A program made the translations under genes and the position numbers. Source: a bacterium (GTDB taxonomy: Bacteria; Patescibacteriota; Minisyncoccia; Phycocordibacterales; Zambryskibacteraceae). From it: 64,000 bases of DNA. The notes beneath the pieces are model-generated. The model searched no databases and was not told where the DNA came from. It saw only the letters and a list, made by a program, of their open reading frames with translations. This document shows positions 47,537 through 57,611 of this stretch, one piece after another. The stretch is taken from the NCBI GenBank assembly GCA_030649135.1, contig JAUSGI010000008.1:64001-128000 (forward strand), given 5' to 3'. Each line of letters opens with the position of its first letter. The first letter of the stretch is position 1.

Positions 47537-48405
47537 TGCCCAGGAAGGTTATTGTTCCGGTTGTCATTGTCATCTTGGGTATTGGTGCGTTTGTGCTGTT
47601 TAATTTTTACGGAAAATCTAGAGAAGCGCCATCGATAGTAGACTTAGAGCCCAAGTGGCCCCAATTCGAAGTCATCGGCCAATCCGTCGAGGGGCGCAAA
47701 ATTGAAAGTTATACATATGGAGACGGAGATAAATATGTGCTGTTCGTGGGTGGCATCCACGGGGGTTACGAGTGGAACAGTGTACTCCTCGCTTATCAAT
47801 TCATCGACTACTTGGCGGCCAATCCTACTACCGTACCCCCCAATTTAACTATCGCAGTAATACCTTCGGCTAATCCTGACGGAGTCTATAGAGTGGTAAG
47901 CAAAGAAGGTCGTTTTACCAGCACCGATGTTTCTACCGACAAAGAAACCCTGGCCTCGGGACGTTTTAATGCGCACAAGGTAGACCTTAATCGCAACTTT
48001 GACTGCAATTGGAAACCGACAAGCCTGTGGCGAGAGAAGACCGTGAGTGCCGGCTCCGAGCCATTCTCCGAGCCGGAAGCAATGGCACTGCGAACATTTG
48101 TTTTAGAAAACAAACCGGATGCCGTTATCTTTTGGCATAGTCAATCCAACGCTGTGTACGCATCAGAGTGCCAGTCAGGTATTCTTCCGGAAACACTTGA
48201 TATCATGAACGCCTACTCGCGTGCGTCAGGATACCAGGCGGTCAAGTCATTTGACAGTTACGATGTCACAGGCGACTCTGAAGGGTGGCTCGCTTCTATC
48301 GGTATCCCGTCCATTACGGTCGAGCTTAAAGACCACGAGAACATAGAGTGGGAGAAGAACCTAGCCGGTATCAAAGCTATACTCGGATACTATTTGACAA
48401 AATAA
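47536..48405 (+). CDS. M14-family zinc carboxypeptidase, paralog 2
   Basis: Same motifs (VDLNRNFDCNW, GGIHGGYEWN). Start placed at MPRKVIV, overlapping the paralog 1 stop (TAATG). The ORF track starts at 47482. Confidence 0.75.
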   Translation: MPRKVIVPVVIVILGIGAFVLFNFYGKSREAPSIVDLEPKWPQFEVIGQSVEGRKIESYTYGDGDKYVLFVGGIHGGYEWNSVLLAYQFIDYLAANPTTVPPNLTIAVIPSANPDGVYRVVSKEGRFTSTDVSTDKETLASGRFNAHKVDLNRNFDCNWKPTSLWREKTVSAGSEPFSEPEAMALRTFVLENKPDAVIFWHSQSNAVYASECQSGILPETLDIMNAYSRASGYQAVKSFDSYDVTGDSEGWLASIGIPSITVELKDHENIEWEKNLAGIKAILGYYLTK

Positions 48406-48516
48406 GCGAGGTGCGATATACTAGAGCGGTAAATCAGTACTCACAGGTTTCGTTTGGAGATTATCTCTATTACGCAGACGCAAGTCTATAAACCTCACGA
48501 GCGAGGTTTATCTTAT

Positions 48517-49686
48517 ATGCAAAATGGAAATCGCGGCTTTAGGCCGCAAAATAGAGGACGTATAGGCAAGTGGCCCCAGAAGGCCTTTTCTGACGTGTCG
48601 AAGTTTATAAATAAGGATATTATCAACCTTGAGACGGAGCACTTCGCGCCGGAACATTCTTTCGCCGATTTCAAATTCCAAGAAATATTGAATCAAAATA
48701 TCAAAGCGAAGGGCTACATCACTCTTACGCCTATTCAGGATAAGGCCATCCCCTATGTTATGGCCGGCAAAGATATTGTCGGTATCGCCAATACCGGTAC
48801 CGGTAAGACGGCCGCTTTCCTTATCCCACTTATCAATAAAATTATTCTCGACTCCCGAGAGAAGGTCCTGATTGTGGTACCCACCCGTGAGCTGGCGCAC
48901 CAGATAGACGAGGAGCTACGAGTTTTTGCCAAAAACTCAAACCTTTTTTCCGTGCTCTGTATTGGCGGTGTCGGTATGGGTAAACAGATTAGAGAACTCT
49001 ATCAGAGACACCATTTTGTCATCGGCACACCCGGGCGTTTGAAAGACCTCATGGAACAGAAAGTACTTGACCTCTCCGGATTCAAGACTATCGTCCTTGA
49101 TGAGGCTGACAGAATGCTCGATATGGGCTTTATTCGTGATATGCGTTTTATGATGTCAAAAATGCCCAAAGAGAGGCACACGCTCTTCTTCTCCGCCACT
49201 TTATCGCCGGAGATTGAGAAACTTATTCATGAATTCCTACGCGAACCGGTGCGTATCTCGGTGAAAACTCAAGATACTCCCAAGAATGTACACCAAGATG
49301 TGGTGAGAATTCCGAAAGATAAAACCAAACTGGATATCCTTCACAATCTTCTTACGCAAGTGGAGTTTAGTAAGGTGCTCATCTTCGGCCGTACTAAACA
49401 CGGAGTAGAGAAGCTTGCCCATGAGTTAGGAAAGCGAGGTTTCAAAGCCGAATCTATCCACGGCAACAAGAGTCAACCACAAAGACAGCGAGCGCTGGAG
49501 CTCTTCAAGCACGACCACGCCCAAGTGCTTACCGCGACCGATGTGGCCGCACGTGGTCTCGACATTTCCGATGTGACACATGTCATCAACTTTGATTTGC
49601 CGGCTACCTATGACGACTACGTCCATCGTATCGGCCGTACCGGCCGCGGTAGTAAGTCAGGCAAGGCCCTCACATTTATCGAGTAA
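48517..49686 (+). CDS. DEAD-box ATP-dependent RNA helicase
   Basis: Q motif, Walker A (ANTGTGKT), DEAD (VLDEADRML), SAT and HRIGRTGR motifs. Start placed at the first ATG (the ORF track offers a TTG at 48454). Confidence 0.85.
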   Translation: MQNGNRGFRPQNRGRIGKWPQKAFSDVSKFINKDIINLETEHFAPEHSFADFKFQEILNQNIKAKGYITLTPIQDKAIPYVMAGKDIVGIANTGTGKTAAFLIPLINKIILDSREKVLIVVPTRELAHQIDEELRVFAKNSNLFSVLCIGGVGMGKQIRELYQRHHFVIGTPGRLKDLMEQKVLDLSGFKTIVLDEADRMLDMGFIRDMRFMMSKMPKERHTLFFSATLSPEIEKLIHEFLREPVRISVKTQDTPKNVHQDVVRIPKDKTKLDILHNLLTQVEFSKVLIFGRTKHGVEKLAHELGKRGFKAESIHGNKSQPQRQRALELFKHDHAQVLTATDVAARGLDISDVTHVINFDLPATYDDYVHRIGRTGRGSKSGKALTFIE

Positions 49687-49687
49687 A

Positions 49688-50104
49688 CTAACGTACAGTC
49701 AGAGTACCAACCATACCCATAGCGCGATGATTGCCGATTGAGCAGTAGTATTGGAAAGAGCCAGTCTTATCGGCGACAAAGGTAATCGTTTGTTCTTCTC
49801 CGACTTTAAGGGTACGGGTGGCGACACCAAATTCGTCTATCTTTAAGTCGTGAGTGCCGTTCACGTTCTTAACGGTAATTTTAACAGTATCTCCTTTATT
49901 GACCACCAAGGTCGTAGGAGTAAATGAGAAAGGAACCGCCTCGATATTAAATTCCTTAACTCCGATTAAGTTAGTTTGTACCTCCTCTTCCAGCACTTTT
50001 TCTTCCACTACTGCCGTTGGCGCAATACTTTTACTTTTGAAAAGTAGGAAACCGCCAACAATCAGGACAACAACAATGACAACTGAAATTATTTTATTAT
50101 TCAT
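49688..50104 (-). CDS. Cupredoxin-domain (plastocyanin/azurin-like blue copper) protein
   Basis: N-terminal TM. Type-1 copper ligand pattern ...GTHDLKI...YYCSIGNHRAMGM. Confidence 0.7.
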   Translation of the reverse strand: MNNKIISVVIVVVLIVGGFLLFKSKSIAPTAVVEEKVLEEEVQTNLIGVKEFNIEAVPFSFTPTTLVVNKGDTVKITVKNVNGTHDLKIDEFGVATRTLKVGEEQTITFVADKTGSFQYYCSIGNHRAMGMVGTLTVR

Positions 50105-50115
50105 GATACTTTAAA

Positions 50116-51057
50116 TTATACCTTCAAGTACTTTCTAATGGCAAGAGCGCTCGAGAGCGCGCCGATAGACACTCCGGAAACCATAATGATGGAAGCAATC
50201 TCCAGGAAGTGGCGAAAATAATAAGAGAAGATATTGAAGCCTACAAAGAAACTTTCGGTAGTACTGCCAAGCCAGTAAGTAAGGGGTAAAAGGATTAGCA
50301 GAGTCAAGAGGCCTGCCACCACTCCGTAAATAATGCCAACCACCACGAACGGTCCCCTGATGTAGGTGGTCGAGGCACCCACCAAGCGCATGACACTTAT
50401 CTCATCCCGAGCGAGGTAGATGGTCAGACGAATGGTATTGAAGGCAATCAGCACGGAAATAATGGCCAGAAAGAGCGTCAAGGCGAAACCGAGCCGGTCA
50501 GCGGAGGAAATAATTTGTGTCAGTTTGTCTATGGCCACTTTGTTCTGAAAGTAATTAACTCGGTCAATAATAGGCACACCGCCGGAGGCAAGCGCGCTCC
50601 CACTCTCCAGAAACTCGGCTACGGAAGCGTACTGGGCTGGGTCCCTGGCTCTGACATTAAGAACCGCCCCCAGCGGATTTTCACCCAGCTCATTAAGAGC
50701 GGAAAGAATGGGCTGGTCACTTGCGTGTCTCTCTTTGAAGGCAGTGAGCGCCTCCTCGCGCGAAACATAAGTGACCAAAAAGACTTCGGAGAGAGATTCA
50801 ATGGTATGTTTAATATTTAAAATATCCTCTTCTTTGGCCGAAGTGACAAAAGTGACGTTAATATCAATCTTATTTTTCAATTCGGCCAGAGTAGTATCGA
50901 GAATGGCGCTGGAGAAAGAAATGAGACCAATAACCAAAAGTGTAACCATCATCACCAAAACGGAGGCGAGAGTAACCGTGCCGTCTCTCCAGAAGTTGAA
51001 AAATCCGGTGCGTAGGATTCTCTTTAATTTTGTCCAAAACATTTGCTTTTTCGTCAT
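50116..51057 (-). CDS. ftsX: Cell division permease FtsX
   Basis: 4 TM with a large periplasmic loop. Downstream of ftsE. Confidence 0.85.
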   Translation of the reverse strand: MTKKQMFWTKLKRILRTGFFNFWRDGTVTLASVLVMMVTLLVIGLISFSSAILDTTLAELKNKIDINVTFVTSAKEEDILNIKHTIESLSEVFLVTYVSREEALTAFKERHASDQPILSALNELGENPLGAVLNVRARDPAQYASVAEFLESGSALASGGVPIIDRVNYFQNKVAIDKLTQIISSADRLGFALTLFLAIISVLIAFNTIRLTIYLARDEISVMRLVGASTTYIRGPFVVVGIIYGVVAGLLTLLILLPLTYWLGSTTESFFVGFNIFSYYFRHFLEIASIIMVSGVSIGALSSALAIRKYLKV

Positions 51058-51734
51058 ACGAAATATTTGCCGGCTTTTTCATCGCGGACAATCTTGCCTC
51101 GATTCATGGCCACGACGCGCTTCTTCAACAAATCAATTATACCTTTATTGTGCGTGGCGAGTATGACGGTGGTGCCAAGATCGTTAATCTTTTTTAATAT
51201 CTGCACTATGTCGTAGGTATTGGCTGGGTCAAGATTGCCTGTCGGCTCATCGGCAATAATGATATCCGGTTCGTTGACCAAGGCGCGGGCAATAGCTACT
51301 CGCTGCTTCTCACCGCCCGAGAGTTCGCGCGGAAAATTCCAAATCTTCGGCATCAAGTCTACCAATTCAAGAACATGGGGAACATCCGACTCTATCTCAC
51401 TATCCGTTCGACCAGCTGCTTCCATGGTGAAGGCGATATTCTCGTAGACGGTCTTATTGGGCAGAAGCCGAAAATCTTGGAAAACCATGCCCACTTTTCT
51501 GCGAAAGGCATCAATTTCTTTCTTGTTGAGAGTGTGGATATTGGTAGATTCGTAATACACGGAACCTTCGGTCGGCTTTTCTTCCGCGAGAAAAAGTTTC
51601 AAGAGTGTGGTTTTGCCGGCACCGGATGGTCCGACGATAGAGATAAATTCCTCCGGCTCGATTGAGAGCGTTACCTCCTCCAGAGCTATGGAATTATCGG
51701 GATAAATTTTAGACACACGGTCAAAAACAATCAT
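51054..51734 (-). CDS. ftsE: Cell division ATP-binding protein FtsE
   Basis: Walker A (GPSGAGKTT), ABC signature (LSGGEKQR), Walker B. Confidence 0.9.
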   Translation of the reverse strand: MIVFDRVSKIYPDNSIALEEVTLSIEPEEFISIVGPSGAGKTTLLKLFLAEEKPTEGSVYYESTNIHTLNKKEIDAFRRKVGMVFQDFRLLPNKTVYENIAFTMEAAGRTDSEIESDVPHVLELVDLMPKIWNFPRELSGGEKQRVAIARALVNEPDIIIADEPTGNLDPANTYDIVQILKKINDLGTTVILATHNKGIIDLLKKRVVAMNRGKIVRDEKAGKYFV

Positions 51735-51796
51735 GTCTCTCTATTCTATCATGCGACTATCCGCCCAACAAGATAAAATATGCTATATTATCAACA

Positions 51797-52384
51797 ATGA
51801 AGGGACGAATTATCGTTATAATTGCTGTTTGCGCCGCTGGGATAATATTTTTTATTAGCACTTACCCATCGAAAACCGTGCGGTCTTTCCCGAACCCTGA
51901 TTTACCCCTTGTCTCCCCTGTGCTCTCTGCTCCGCCCATAGACATACTATCCGGTAATGACCCGCTATTGGCTACCCGAGCATGGATGACCTTCCAGAAC
52001 TATCTGGAATTTGCCCGCACTCATAATCTACCAGGGATAAAAAGTTTGTCTCATCAAATTTCCGACACATGTAATGACCCTGTAAAAGAGCAGAGGTGTT
52101 TCGCTCTGATGGACAGCGTGTACATTATGGCTAGTAAACTAAAGATGGACGAATTCAAACATATCCAAGCAGACCGACGCCAGATTATGATGTTTACAGA
52201 TGGACCGATAGTGGCAATTCTTTATTTCACCAGAGATGAAAGCCTTACTCCCAAGATGCTCGGCCTTAGGTTTTGTTTCGAAGAGACAACGACACCGGGA
52301 AGATGTGTCGAGGCTGATCCCAAACTGCGCGACCAGGATGGCAACGGCTGGTGGGACAACGTTGAATCACTTTTCTACCGTTAG
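51797..52384 (+). CDS. Hypothetical membrane-anchored protein (195 aa)
   Basis: N-terminal TM. No motif recognised. Confidence 0.4.
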   Translation: MKGRIIVIIAVCAAGIIFFISTYPSKTVRSFPNPDLPLVSPVLSAPPIDILSGNDPLLATRAWMTFQNYLEFARTHNLPGIKSLSHQISDTCNDPVKEQRCFALMDSVYIMASKLKMDEFKHIQADRRQIMMFTDGPIVAILYFTRDESLTPKMLGLRFCFEETTTPGRCVEADPKLRDQDGNGWWDNVESLFYR

Positions 52385-52398
52385 TTCAAATACGCTTC

Positions 52399-52824
52399 CT
52401 AGGACCTGTCGGTACTTTTCAATGCCAAGAGAGCCAACACCAGAATATAAACAATGTGTTCGTCAAGCAGAGGATGGTTGGCAGGCGGGAAAGCGGCCAA
52501 ATACATTAACAAGAACATAAGACTGCCGGCAAGTGCTCCCCAGACAACCTTCCTATTAAGTAATAGGGTAAGTCCCACGGAGAGAAGTCCCAGCATAAAG
52601 AGCCAATCAACCACGGGCATCCCGGAGAGACCCTTGAAAAATTCCGCCAAAGGCCCACGGGTGGCATTCATTAAGAATCCAGAAGTGGGCGAACCGCCGT
52701 TAATCCAAGCTTTTTCGCTTGTGGTGGCAAAGCCGAGTCCGAACAACTTATCGACAAACGCCCAAAGGAAAATTAGACCCATTGATAAACGTAGCGCGAG
52801 CCAAACAATTTTTTTCTTCTTCAT
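52399..52824 (-). CDS. DoxX-family membrane protein
   Basis: 4 TM. LGFATT...GGSPTSGFL pattern consistent with DoxX. Confidence 0.55.
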   Translation of the reverse strand: MKKKKIVWLALRLSMGLIFLWAFVDKLFGLGFATTSEKAWINGGSPTSGFLMNATRGPLAEFFKGLSGMPVVDWLFMLGLLSVGLTLLLNRKVVWGALAGSLMFLLMYLAAFPPANHPLLDEHIVYILVLALLALKSTDRS

Positions 52825-52865
52825 ATGCGCTTATTATAACATGTGATAAAATGTAATATCATATT

Positions 52866-53282
52866 ATGTGGATAGGTTACGCTTTATTGTCAGCTATCTT
52901 TGCGGCCGCGGTCGCTATTCTTGCTAAAATCGGCCTGAAAAATGTTGACTCGACTCTGGCAACCACTATCAGAGCTGTGGTTATGGCGCTTTTTCTCCTC
53001 GGTGCCGCTCTTGTATTGCAGAAATTCTCGCTCATCAAAACTGTCGGCAATCAAACTCTGACTTTTATTGTCTTTTCCGGCGTGGCCGGAGCTCTCTCCT
53101 GGCTCTTTTACTTCCTCGCTCTTAAATACGGTCCGGCTACCGGTGTAGCCGCTTTAGATAGACTAAGTGTCGTCTTTGTCGTCATTCTCGCCGCCATATT
53201 TCTCGGTGAAGCTCTAACCTTTAAATCCGTCACCGGTCTAGTATTACTTGTCCTCGGAGCCCTTCTCCTCGTCTGGAAGTGA
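52866..53282 (+). CDS. EamA-like (DMT superfamily) 4-TM transporter
   Basis: 138 aa. EamA domain-like hydrophobic pattern. Confidence 0.65.
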   Translation: MWIGYALLSAIFAAAVAILAKIGLKNVDSTLATTIRAVVMALFLLGAALVLQKFSLIKTVGNQTLTFIVFSGVAGALSWLFYFLALKYGPATGVAALDRLSVVFVVILAAIFLGEALTFKSVTGLVLLVLGALLLVWK

Positions 53283-53289
53283 AAAAGTC

Positions 53290-53574
53290 CTACTTATCCA
53301 ACTTTTTATAAAGAGTACCGGTAAAAATAAGGATTACAAGACCAATTAAAAATAAATACCACGGGTTATTCTCGAATATCAATACGCTTCTGATAATCCC
53401 TTTCACCCCTTCAGAGACTGCAACAGCGCCGAAAAGTGCAAGCAGAGCAAAGGTGAGCGGATACCTTTTAAAAACAGATTGACCCTTCTTCCCCGCCATA
53501 TTATTTACCTCCTCAGTCAGTTTCTCTAAATCTTTCAGTAAGTCAAGCTGACTACGCGGTTCTGATTCGTTCAT
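53290..53574 (-). CDS. Hypothetical membrane protein (94 aa)
   Basis: Two TM helices. Confidence 0.35.
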   Translation of the reverse strand: MNESEPRSQLDLLKDLEKLTEEVNNMAGKKGQSVFKRYPLTFALLALFGAVAVSEGVKGIIRSVLIFENNPWYLFLIGLVILIFTGTLYKKLDK

Positions 53575-53608
53575 GGGTATATTCTAACAGAGTTTAGATT
53601 TCATACAC

Positions 53609-54178
53609 TCATTGCATCTCCAACACGGCTTCTAGAGCTGATGGTAGACTGCTTACTCCGTCACTGCCGCTAAAATGCCCCTTGTTGTGTTCTACGATTA
53701 TCTTGGCCCCGGCCTTTTCTTTCCAGGATTCCTGATTTTCCGCTAAAACAAAAGGGTCATTATCTGAAAAGATAGCAACCGCTTTGTTTACCACTCTTTT
53801 TACTTTCTCATCGTTGCGTGGCGTATTGACCCATGGTCCGGCAATTCTTTCTTCCTCTTCAGTCTCCAGATTACGAAGATTGTAAAACCCAGCTACGAAT
53901 ACAGCCCCGCCAATTTTAACTCCTTCCGGCAAAGTTTCGAGATACCTGATAATGGCCTGGCAGCCGATACTATGTCCAATAAAAAATGTATTGATATCGG
54001 CTGTTCCCACTAAGTTACTCAAAAATGGAATCCATGTTTCTATCTTTGGTTCTGACGGGTCTGGCATTGCTGGCACAAAAACTTCGAAACCTCTGGCTTC
54101 TAGTTCTTTCTTCAACCACGGAAACCAGCATTCTTCGGGATGACCATCCCAACCGTGAATTATGTAGACTCTTTTCAT
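53609..54178 (-). CDS. Alpha/beta hydrolase, YdeN/RBBP9-like serine hydrolase
   Basis: IIHGW...GHSIGC nucleophile elbow. Start placed at MKRVYIIHGW (the ORF frame is open up to 54211). Confidence 0.65.
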   Translation of the reverse strand: MKRVYIIHGWDGHPEECWFPWLKKELEARGFEVFVPAMPDPSEPKIETWIPFLSNLVGTADINTFFIGHSIGCQAIIRYLETLPEGVKIGGAVFVAGFYNLRNLETEEEERIAGPWVNTPRNDEKVKRVVNKAVAIFSDNDPFVLAENQESWKEKAGAKIIVEHNKGHFSGSDGVSSLPSALEAVLEMQ

Positions 54179-54183
54179 ATAAA

Positions 54184-54744
54184 TTACTTTTGGGCGCTCA
54201 TAATAAAACACGGCGGAATATTACGAAGTTCAAATTGAGTATTAACGGCATCTTTATTAAAGTATTTATTCAGTAGGCCAAGCATTAGCGGAGAATACTG
54301 GTGAAAGACGATAAATTTACCGGTACTCTTGAGCATTGCGAATGTATCACCCACTATTTTTTCCCGCTCAAGAGACTTCAAGATGGAAAAGGGGATGCTG
54401 GAAACTACTAAATCGATAGTGGCCTCGTTCCTGCGGCTTAATTCTCGGGAGGCTTCTTGGGCTGTTCCTTTGATAATTTTCAGTCGGGAATCTTCTATAT
54501 TTTTTAAAACTTTCAAAAACTTTGGATTCGTTTCCACCACGATAAGCTCTCCATCTTCCGGCATTCTTTTCAGTATCTCCATTGTCAGCACCCCGTCCCC
54601 GGGGCCATATTCTACTACCCGGCGCAGTGCCCTACCGTCAAACTGGCGCACCACAGCGTTCACCACATATTTAGAACTACGCGTTAGCGCGCCGATTTGA
54701 CTGTCCAGGAAAGCGACCTTGAAAAAATTTAATTGTTCCAGCAT
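54184..54744 (-). CDS. Class I SAM-dependent methyltransferase
   Basis: VVEYGPGDGVLT motif I. Confidence 0.6.
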   Translation of the reverse strand: MLEQLNFFKVAFLDSQIGALTRSSKYVVNAVVRQFDGRALRRVVEYGPGDGVLTMEILKRMPEDGELIVVETNPKFLKVLKNIEDSRLKIIKGTAQEASRELSRRNEATIDLVVSSIPFSILKSLEREKIVGDTFAMLKSTGKFIVFHQYSPLMLGLLNKYFNKDAVNTQFELRNIPPCFIMSAQK

Positions 54745-54748
54745 GTTG

Positions 54749-55324
54749 TCAGACTACGCGGAGGAGGAAAAGTAGTATTTCTTTCCCCAGAAAGATATAG
54801 ACCGCGCAAGTTATCCCTTCTCCAATAAATACCCCCAGCAGAAACTTTTTTTTATCTATCTTCAGCGAACCGCAAACATAGCATATGACATCGGTGGGCG
54901 TGAATGGAAGCATACTCCAAAGGATAACGATTGGCAATTCATTTTTCTCGATTACCGACTTTAATTTGGCTATCTGTGTGGGATATTTGCGTTCGAAAAA
55001 TTCGCTTAAGTGGAGAAATTCAGAGAAGTAATAGACAACGATGGAAGATACCATAATGCCAACTAGGGTTAGGATAAAAAGCGGCTTTAAGGGCAGGAAT
55101 AAAAGTCCCAGTATTATTAAATAGGTTACCGGAATCAGAGTAAAACCGCGTAGGCATCCTAATACTAAATAAACCCAGTAACGTACATAAAGGGGTGCAT
55201 CCACTACTCTGGTTATCTGCTCCACGATGAATCCTCTCTGGAAAAAATACAAATAAAACGCCGCAATAATTACGAGAAGCCATATATCTCTAGCGACGAG
55301 CTTTGTTTGGGAGTGAGTTTCCAA
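54749..55324 (-). CDS. DedA/TVP38-family membrane protein
   Basis: Multi-TM. ...LPFTPTDVICYVCGSLKIDKKKF resembles the DedA family. Confidence 0.55.
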   Translation of the reverse strand: METHSQTKLVARDIWLLVIIAAFYLYFFQRGFIVEQITRVVDAPLYVRYWVYLVLGCLRGFTLIPVTYLIILGLLFLPLKPLFILTLVGIMVSSIVVYYFSEFLHLSEFFERKYPTQIAKLKSVIEKNELPIVILWSMLPFTPTDVICYVCGSLKIDKKKFLLGVFIGEGITCAVYIFLGKEILLFLLRVV

Positions 55325-55371
55325 GAGTTTTGCTAGTAGTAATTCCTAAATCTTCATTTTTTATCTTACCA

Positions 55372-55608
55372 TCAGGTGCGAACTTGTTCTTGAATCCTTT
55401 TTAGGTTTTGCGAAGCCTCATTGTATCGTTCCTCAACAGTATCGTGTAACCAAGCTGATGAAATCTCTTGATTATTACCACCCGATTCTTTAACTAGACC
55501 CGCAACTTCTGCCAAGTGAAAAATGTATGGTGTTTTTGCTTCGTCATTGCGCACATGGTCCTTGTGTGCGTGCGATGCGAATTCTTTTGCTTTTGTAATT
55601 ATGTCCAT
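55372..55608 (-). CDS. HD-domain N-terminal fragment (RelA/SpoT-like hydrolase fold), possibly a truncated gene
   Basis: HAHKDHVR...PYIFHLAEVA...WLHDTVE carries H..H and HD, but the ORF ends after 78 aa, before the distal Asp. Confidence 0.45.
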   Translation of the reverse strand: MDIITKAKEFASHAHKDHVRNDEAKTPYIFHLAEVAGLVKESGGNNQEISSAWLHDTVEERYNEASQNLKRIQEQVRT

Positions 55609-55646
55609 ATTTTTGATGTTTCTTAGAGTCCGAACCTGTCTCTACA

Positions 55647-56378
55647 CTAGAGATCTACTCGGTGTAATCCTTTTTTCTTTATTAGACTGCCTAGAAAGAT
55701 GCAATTGCGGCCATGCTTCCCGTTGACGAATATTTCATCGCACTCACATTCACCAAGAACACCTTTAAAGTACTCGTAGTCCATCTCTTTGGGCGCAAAG
55801 ATTACAATATCATTCGTTATAAACTCTTTGATATCAGAAATCAATTTAGCTAAGTCAGGATTTACTAGAGACCTTTTTTCTGCCGAATAGTTTGGATATT
55901 TCTCAGGGTACCAGTAAGGAATATCGTAAATAACAATATCCGCAGCAATACTTTTGAGTAAATCGGTATCAGTCACATCTCCCAAAACTAATTTAACTTT
56001 TTCAAGCAGACCTGCTTTTTCTAAATTTTCTCGACATGCTTCCAATACTTTTTTATCTATATCGACACCAATAGCTCCCTTGAACACTGGTGCTAAACGT
56101 TCAAGTGTAACACCAACCGCACAGCAGAGTTCGAGTAAAATCTTATTCGTATTGCCAATGCGTTCTCCAAGCCATTTTGCAGCCGTAGGATTGTTGGATA
56201 GGTAGAGAGATAATGCATCACCAGCGATATCTTCCCGGTATCCTCTTTTTTGTATGAGTAAACTACGAACGTTATCGTACATAATCTCTATTTTAACAGA
56301 TTTAGGCTTCAACAATAGACACCTGCGATTTTTGACAATTTCAAATTTTTTAAGAGATTTTCCCGAAGAAGTCCTCAA
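55647..56378 (-). CDS. Class I SAM-dependent methyltransferase (RsmD/TGS-like)
   Basis: LELCCAVGVT...GVDIDKKVLEACRENL. Start possibly at the internal ATG 56282, which would remove a 29 nt overlap with the patatin gene. Confidence 0.6.
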   Translation of the reverse strand: MRTSSGKSLKKFEIVKNRRCLLLKPKSVKIEIMYDNVRSLLIQKRGYREDIAGDALSLYLSNNPTAAKWLGERIGNTNKILLELCCAVGVTLERLAPVFKGAIGVDIDKKVLEACRENLEKAGLLEKVKLVLGDVTDTDLLKSIAADIVIYDIPYWYPEKYPNYSAEKRSLVNPDLAKLISDIKEFITNDIVIFAPKEMDYEYFKGVLGECECDEIFVNGKHGRNCIFLGSLIKKKGLHRVDL

Positions 56379-57210
56379 GTCCCTGATGATTCATTGTATC
56401 GTCATAACCCTGCTGGATCGTCTGAGACAAACAGTTAAACCTGGTGTCTATTCTGAAAATTGGTAAGTTCTTCTTTGGCTGAATTACAGCAATGTTTTTC
56501 TTCTGGCGTATTTTCTCAATAAGATTGGGTATTTGCTCGTAGTGAGCGGGCATGCTCCAAATCGCTTCCTGTAGTGCAGTTGTTTCATCGCGTATGAGAA
56601 GCCAGCGTAAAATTTTACGGAAGAAAAACATTTTAGGCAACGGCATAGGCGGTCTTGTAAGAACTATCAGGATATTATCTTCATCAAAAACTCTTTCTAG
56701 CCCAGAAACACTACCAATAGTGCCGTCATAGTAACACCGGCCCCCAAAACAAACCTTTCCTTCAGAAAAATAAGGAACGGCACAGCTTGATCTTAATAGT
56801 TCATAAAAATTTATTGGATCATCTTTCGAGAAAAAAACAGAAGTTCCAGTTTCAGCATCGGTAACGCCAATTTCTAATTTAGTTGGGTTACTCTTAAATG
56901 CGGGAAGATTTAATGGATATCGCTTTTGAAGCATTTCATCGATAAGAAAATTAATGTTCATGACACGTTTACCGATGGGGAATTTCCAGGGAGTAACAAA
57001 TTTACCAGATCTTACTAAGTCCTCCCAAATCGGTTGGATGAGATTCTCCTGGCCGCTGACAAGATACGAATATACTGCTGCTGCACCTGAGCTTGCTACA
57101 ATACGATGGAGTTTTTTAAAGCCGTATCTCTTCCCAAGTGCGGACACGACTCCAGCATGATAGGCAGTAATCATTCCGCCGCCCTGCCCAATGATACAAA
57201 ATTGATTCAT
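56350..57210 (-). CDS. Patatin-like phospholipase
   Basis: GxGxxG (IGQGGGMITAYHAG) and GxSxG (ASSGAA) motifs. Confidence 0.8.
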   Translation of the reverse strand: MNQFCIIGQGGGMITAYHAGVVSALGKRYGFKKLHRIVASSGAAAVYSYLVSGQENLIQPIWEDLVRSGKFVTPWKFPIGKRVMNINFLIDEMLQKRYPLNLPAFKSNPTKLEIGVTDAETGTSVFFSKDDPINFYELLRSSCAVPYFSEGKVCFGGRCYYDGTIGSVSGLERVFDEDNILIVLTRPPMPLPKMFFFRKILRWLLIRDETTALQEAIWSMPAHYEQIPNLIEKIRQKKNIAVIQPKKNLPIFRIDTRFNCLSQTIQQGYDDTMNHQGLEDFFGKIS

Positions 57211-57212
57211 TT

Positions 57213-57286
57213 TGGCTGCGGGACTTGGATTCGAACCAAGATACTCGCCTTCAAAGGGCGATGTCCTACCATTAGACGATCCCGCA
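57213..57286 (-). tRNA. tRNA-Gln (anticodon TTG)
   Basis: Reverse complement TGCGGGATCGTCTAATGGTAGGACATCGCCCTTTGAAGGCGAGTATCTTGGTTCGAATCCAAGTCCCGCAGCCA. Its 3' end lies 2 nt from the patatin start codon. Confidence 0.85.
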
Positions 57287-57335
57287 ATAGGTCCAATTTA
57301 TCAAAATTCTATCCCTTTCGCCACCTCCATAAAAT

Positions 57336-57605
57336 CTATTCTAGTGTTCTCAAGAACTTAAGAATAGATTTGCCATCATCAGTTAAAGCATGGCGCACAC
57401 TATTATTATCATTCCTTTTCATCACAATACCAGAAAGCGCTAACCGCCGGATATGATCTGCCCCTGTTTTGTAATTTATTATCAACATGTCAGATATCTC
57501 CGTGACTGACAACTCGGGAGATTTGGCTAATAACTCCATTATTTCTATCCTTCTATGGTTTGAAAACCCTCTAACTAATTTTTGCAGTTGTTTAGGTTTT
57601 CTCAT
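57336..57605 (-). CDS. ArsR/SmtB-family transcriptional regulator
   Basis: HTH ...VTEISDMLIINYKTGADHIRRLALSGIV... 89 aa. Confidence 0.8.
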   Translation of the reverse strand: MRKPKQLQKLVRGFSNHRRIEIMELLAKSPELSVTEISDMLIINYKTGADHIRRLALSGIVMKRNDNNSVRHALTDDGKSILKFLRTLE

Positions 57606-57611
57606 TCTATA

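Noticed and set aside
46361-57286. Whether the tRNA-Gln fragments at 46.4 kb and the intact copy at 57.2 kb delimit a roughly 11 kb integrated element
   Set aside because: The copies are in opposite orientation, so they are inverted rather than direct repeats. The intervening genes (M14 peptidases, DEAD helicase, ftsEX and others) are ordinary chromosomal genes with backbone composition.
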